From Seison nebaliae (taxonomy: Eukaryota), in contig JALJEE010001061.1 in NCBI GenBank assembly GCA_023231475.1, positions 62,001 to 84,677 of the forward strand: a DNA stretch of 22,677 nt, written 5' to 3'. Under the pieces are notes generated by a model, which saw nothing but the letters and a program-made list of their open reading frames with translations, was not told the origin of the DNA and did not search any database. Below are positions 18,656 to 22,677 of this stretch, piece by piece (position 1 is the stretch's first letter; each line of letters starts with the position of its first letter). Position numbers and translations under genes: made by a program.

Positions 18656-21600
18656 ATGAACAATTCTGTATGTAACGAAATGAATCATTTCGAGAGTTTG
18701 ACTATAGCGCTCGAAAGGTCATTGTCGATGTGCAATGATAGTCAGAAGGAATCGCTCAGTATCTTTGCCAAATTGCGTTTGGAGAAGGAGTTTCCTTTAT
18801 GGTTGATTCAGATCTTCCGTCAACCTAACACGGAAGAAATGGTGAAATTTCAAGCGATAATTCAATTGAAGAATTATATCGAGAAATTTTGGCGATGTCG
18901 AATCGCTAATCCAATCAAGATGGACATCCAACAATTCATCATTTTGGAATTAGAAGAAAATAATTTCAATGAGAAATTCCTTCCACACCTCTCTCTCATT
19001 CTAAGTCGGATAGCTCGTTATGAATATCCGAGGAAATGGCCCGAACTGCCCGGGACATTATTCAAATTATCTTTCAATACTCAGGTGTTTGCGACGTTTT
19101 TCCTCGATTTCCTCAAAGTACTCTCCACTCAACGAATGCCGTTCGAGAAAAAAAATTATCTGCAAGAATCCATGACATGGTTGCCGGATTTCCAGAGGAA
19201 ATATGTGAAACATACGGCAGATATCGAAAAAGTTGTGTCGTCGATTTTGGATAAAATTGATGATAAAATTTCTTTTTATACAAAAATGGAATTACGTTCA
19301 TTGGATGATTTTATAGAATTGAATCGATTATTGAAGATAACATATTTGCTCGTTTGCAATATTAAAGAGATTATTTGTAATGCTGATATTCCATTGAATA
19401 ATGATCATGTGGAATTGATCATCAATCCATCCATCAAATTCCTTTCAGATGATGATTCTTTCATCAATATTGTTAATATAAATAAATTATTCGAAAATCA
19501 ATTTACTTATAATATGAACAATGATGACATGTATGGCATTACGTTGAGTATCGTGAATAATTTCTTGAAATTGAAAGTGATTTCCATCGAAATGTTGAGA
19601 GACTCACTGGAAAAATCATCGAGTATTTTCTGCAATTATTATGGGACGAATACTTTCAATTATCTCCTCTCAACAATGACGATTGATGATTCGACGACAC
19701 AACTCGCCGCTAACGGTCATATTCATACGTTGCAGAAACATATGGAAATTTATCATGAGAATTTGAATAATCGAAATAATTCAAATCATATCGCCAATCA
19801 ATTGTTACAGAATGATGAATTTATTCGATTGAATGAGACATTAGTGACATTAAACTTAAGTTTATTCCAACAACTAATTACGACGTGGAGAACGGAAGAA
19901 TCATTGACGAATACCATCGGTGAATTATTATTGACGAAACAACATTCGAAACAAAAACTTTTCCTCCAAATTATTTTGGATGGAGTGATGAAAAGTGGAT
20001 TAGTCGTCACTAAATCCAATATGGAATTGATGGCGTCTGATCCGGAAGAATATTTACAACGAAACAATTTACAATTTAATGAGAGTCGATTACCCATCGA
20101 TATTTATGATGGTAGTGAAAAATTGTTAGAGGCTCTCATTCAATTAGCTCTTCCATCATATGATGAAGTGACGAAACGAGTGAAATTGAATGGTGAATTA
20201 GCGAATAATTTATTCAAATATTTTTCTATATTGAAAGATTATCTTTTTAGTAATATGACATCATTTACCGAAATCATCAGTGTGGTAGATGGATTGAGAA
20301 TTGGATGGAATTTCTTATTGAGAGGTTTCATTCAACAACCAAATTTCATCGATGAAATTCGAAAGTTCTTCATTTTCATTCAAGAACAATTGAAAAATAC
20401 GAATTCGTCCGATTTAAATTATTCTTCAGTTTATCGATTATCATTAATTCGTTTCTTCTTCACCGTTTATTCGGAAACGAGAAATTTATTAGAGAATCGA
20501 CATCTCATGAAATCATTCCTCAAAGATACGACATGCAACGATCCACAAATATTTATTTCTCCCATTGAATTGACATGTTCGGATCAGATGGATGAAATTG
20601 ATCGAGATTATATGATCAAATTGAGAAAAGATCAAGAAGAGAATGAGAGAATTAATGAAAAAATTGAAAGCTTTGTAAATATCGATTTCGAAGAGATTTT
20701 ACCTTTCCATCAATTCCTCTCACTTCTCACATTCCATATTAGTAAAGATGAGACGGATCTCATTGTTCGAATGCAATGTCTCCAAATTATCGAACAGATC
20801 GCCAGTGAAATGAGACCGGTGGACATGAATCATTTCCTTGAATATTTCCCTCTCATTTTGAAAAGTCTGTTCGATTTATGTACGAGATTCGATGAGATTG
20901 CTAATCGTGAAAAGATTTTCGATGTGGTGAAAAGTCTGATGAAGGAAGCGCCACCAGATATTTTTATAGAGAATCCACATAATGAAATTGGTGATGGTGA
21001 GAAAATGATTGAACAAATCGATGAATTCTTACGAATTTCTTGGTGTGAACATACGGAGAAGAAAGTCATTCCAATTATCTGTCAACGAATTATGCAAATA
21101 TATTCCGTCTTTGCCGATTTACTCAATAAGAATGGTTGTAATAATATCGCTTATTCGATTTTGTTAATTTTGAAAATGTTGAGAGAAAAACGAACCGAAT
21201 TCTCCTCAACATTCCAAGACGACACATTAGATTTATGGAATAGTTTATTGAAGAACATTCGAATTTATGACGAGAATGGAAATGAGACGATCTCTTATCA
21301 ACAATTGAAATCGATTCATCCAATTCTCTTTTCCTCCATTAACGAGAGCAGCGACTTTTGTATTCCGAGTCGAAAGTTGTTGAATTCAATTTTCACTCTC
21401 TACTGGACCATAGGAGATCAACAATTCAATAAAGAACAATTAGATGATTGTTTGAAAATCTCTCTCATCATGTTGGATCGTGCTCCTGTTCTCTATTGGG
21501 ATGATACGATCACTCAGATCGAATTGATGATTATCGTTTATGGGAAGGAAGTTTTCACTTGTCCAAGTTTCGTCGAATTATTATTATTTATAATAAATTC

Positions 21601-22243
21601 GATTGAAAATCTTTATTCGGTGTCGAAGAATCTTTATCATAAAATCATCAAAGTTCTCGCTCGATGTCTCCTCCAGTATAATGAGGATGTGGTGCCATGT
21701 CTGGAAAAATGTTGTGAGATCGAAGCGAAAATAACTATCAAAAATTTGTTGGATAATCTTTTCTCCAAATTCAATCAGAGTCTCACCCAAACTCCTAATT
21801 TAAAAGAAATGAAACTTATCGGTTGTTGTATGATCTCTATTATTGTCAATTTAATGGTTGATATGGGAATCAGTGACGAATTAGAACAGATCTGTGTCAA
21901 TACAATTTTCGTTCTTCATCGTTCCATTTGTTCCGCTTATAAGAATAATGATACTGAAGATACGAAGGATATGTTCTTCCATTCGAACGAGGCTACTATC
22001 GGCTATCAAGGATGTTATCAATTAGATACGATGCCATTATTTCAACAAAGACTTACGAAAATTTTATGGGAAAACGATTTTGTATTTAGCACACCTATCG
22101 AGAAGTTCTTACGTGAAACTCTTTTGAATGATAGTCGTCTATTTGATGATGCAACAGAACCATCATTTATGTCGCACAAGATCTTGAAGAAAGTGCAGAA
22201 CGAAGACGAATTGAGAAGCTTAAGAACATTGTTTATGGTATGA
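18656..22243 (+). CDS. IPO11: Importin-11 (karyopherin-beta family, Kap120-like)
   Basis: 1195 aa from the first ATG (frame open from TTG at 18620). Importin N-terminal motif AIIQLKNYIEKFWR, then ILSRIARYEYPRKWPELPGTL, LKVLSTQRM, DPEEY and DLIVR, matching remembered IPO11 motifs (IAKVARLDCPRQWPELIPTL, LASKRL, DPEGF, DLVVR). Helical HEAT-like composition throughout. Confidence 0.85.
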   Translation: MNNSVCNEMNHFESLTIALERSLSMCNDSQKESLSIFAKLRLEKEFPLWLIQIFRQPNTEEMVKFQAIIQLKNYIEKFWRCRIANPIKMDIQQFIILELEENNFNEKFLPHLSLILSRIARYEYPRKWPELPGTLFKLSFNTQVFATFFLDFLKVLSTQRMPFEKKNYLQESMTWLPDFQRKYVKHTADIEKVVSSILDKIDDKISFYTKMELRSLDDFIELNRLLKITYLLVCNIKEIICNADIPLNNDHVELIINPSIKFLSDDDSFINIVNINKLFENQFTYNMNNDDMYGITLSIVNNFLKLKVISIEMLRDSLEKSSSIFCNYYGTNTFNYLLSTMTIDDSTTQLAANGHIHTLQKHMEIYHENLNNRNNSNHIANQLLQNDEFIRLNETLVTLNLSLFQQLITTWRTEESLTNTIGELLLTKQHSKQKLFLQIILDGVMKSGLVVTKSNMELMASDPEEYLQRNNLQFNESRLPIDIYDGSEKLLEALIQLALPSYDEVTKRVKLNGELANNLFKYFSILKDYLFSNMTSFTEIISVVDGLRIGWNFLLRGFIQQPNFIDEIRKFFIFIQEQLKNTNSSDLNYSSVYRLSLIRFFFTVYSETRNLLENRHLMKSFLKDTTCNDPQIFISPIELTCSDQMDEIDRDYMIKLRKDQEENERINEKIESFVNIDFEEILPFHQFLSLLTFHISKDETDLIVRMQCLQIIEQIASEMRPVDMNHFLEYFPLILKSLFDLCTRFDEIANREKIFDVVKSLMKEAPPDIFIENPHNEIGDGEKMIEQIDEFLRISWCEHTEKKVIPIICQRIMQIYSVFADLLNKNGCNNIAYSILLILKMLREKRTEFSSTFQDDTLDLWNSLLKNIRIYDENGNETISYQQLKSIHPILFSSINESSDFCIPSRKLLNSIFTLYWTIGDQQFNKEQLDDCLKISLIMLDRAPVLYWDDTITQIELMIIVYGKEVFTCPSFVELLLFIINSIENLYSVSKNLYHKIIKVLARCLLQYNEDVVPCLEKCCEIEAKITIKNLLDNLFSKFNQSLTQTPNLKEMKLIGCCMISIIVNLMVDMGISDELEQICVNTIFVLHRSICSAYKNNDTEDTKDMFFHSNEATIGYQGCYQLDTMPLFQQRLTKILWENDFVFSTPIEKFLRETLLNDSRLFDDATEPSFMSHKILKKVQNEDELRSLRTLFMV

Positions 22244-22277
22244 AAAGAATGTATGAACGTCATTCAACAAATTGAAC

Positions 22278-22293
22278 AATAAATAATAATAAA
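22278..22293 (+). terminator. Candidate polyadenylation signals of IPO11
   Basis: Two AATAAA (22278-22283, 22288-22293) followed by a GT-rich tract (GTTATAGTTGTTTTG). Confidence 0.5.
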
Positions 22294-22677
22294 CTGTTAT
22301 AGTTGTTTTGATAAGATTTTCCTTTTTCAAAAAAATATTTCTCTAATTCTTTTGTCTCGAAAACAGAATGGAAATTATCATTTTCAATAATATAAAATTT
22401 TTACTTTTATTTTAAATTAATTTAAATTAATTTATTCTATTATTTATTGATTAAAAAAGAAAATTAAATTCTCCAGTTAGATCAATTTTGAAGATTTCTG
22501 AATTTAATTTTTTTTAGTGTACTGAATCAATCGTATATGACGAAGTTTCAAGTTCATCATAAAATTCATTATGTCATTAATTAATTAAATTTTTTTCATT
22601 CCATTTGAAACGAATTTCATTTATCATATCTTAACATTTTCTAACTTTATTTCTTTCCAGTCTATTTTATTCTGATA

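Noticed and set aside
1..22677. tRNA, rRNA, snRNA, CRISPR array or intact LTR pair
   Set aside because: No diagnostic motifs or regularly spaced repeats found by eye.

Overview
AT-rich eukaryotic (most likely animal) genomic DNA, standard genetic code. It holds three long, apparently intronless protein genes: an SRPK-family SR-protein kinase (+) with an unusual ~500-aa tail after the kinase domain, an SHB/SHD/SHE/SHF-like single-SH2 adaptor (-), and importin-11 (+). The main hidden signal is in the intergenic DNA (4.5-6.6 kb and 9.9-18.4 kb). Manual translation allowing stops and frameshifts suggests it is tiled by about a dozen heavily decayed, mutually divergent Ty3/Gypsy-type integrase relics. 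Each starts near the HHCC zinc finger and runs part or all of the way through the DDE core and GPY/F module. All but one are on the + strand, and I recognised no gag, protease or RT between them. One relic is interrupted by a 141-bp MITE with 16-bp inverted repeats and a 10-bp target-site duplication. The integrase calls come from by-eye motif matching and need confirmation with a frameshift-aware HMM search against shuffled controls.
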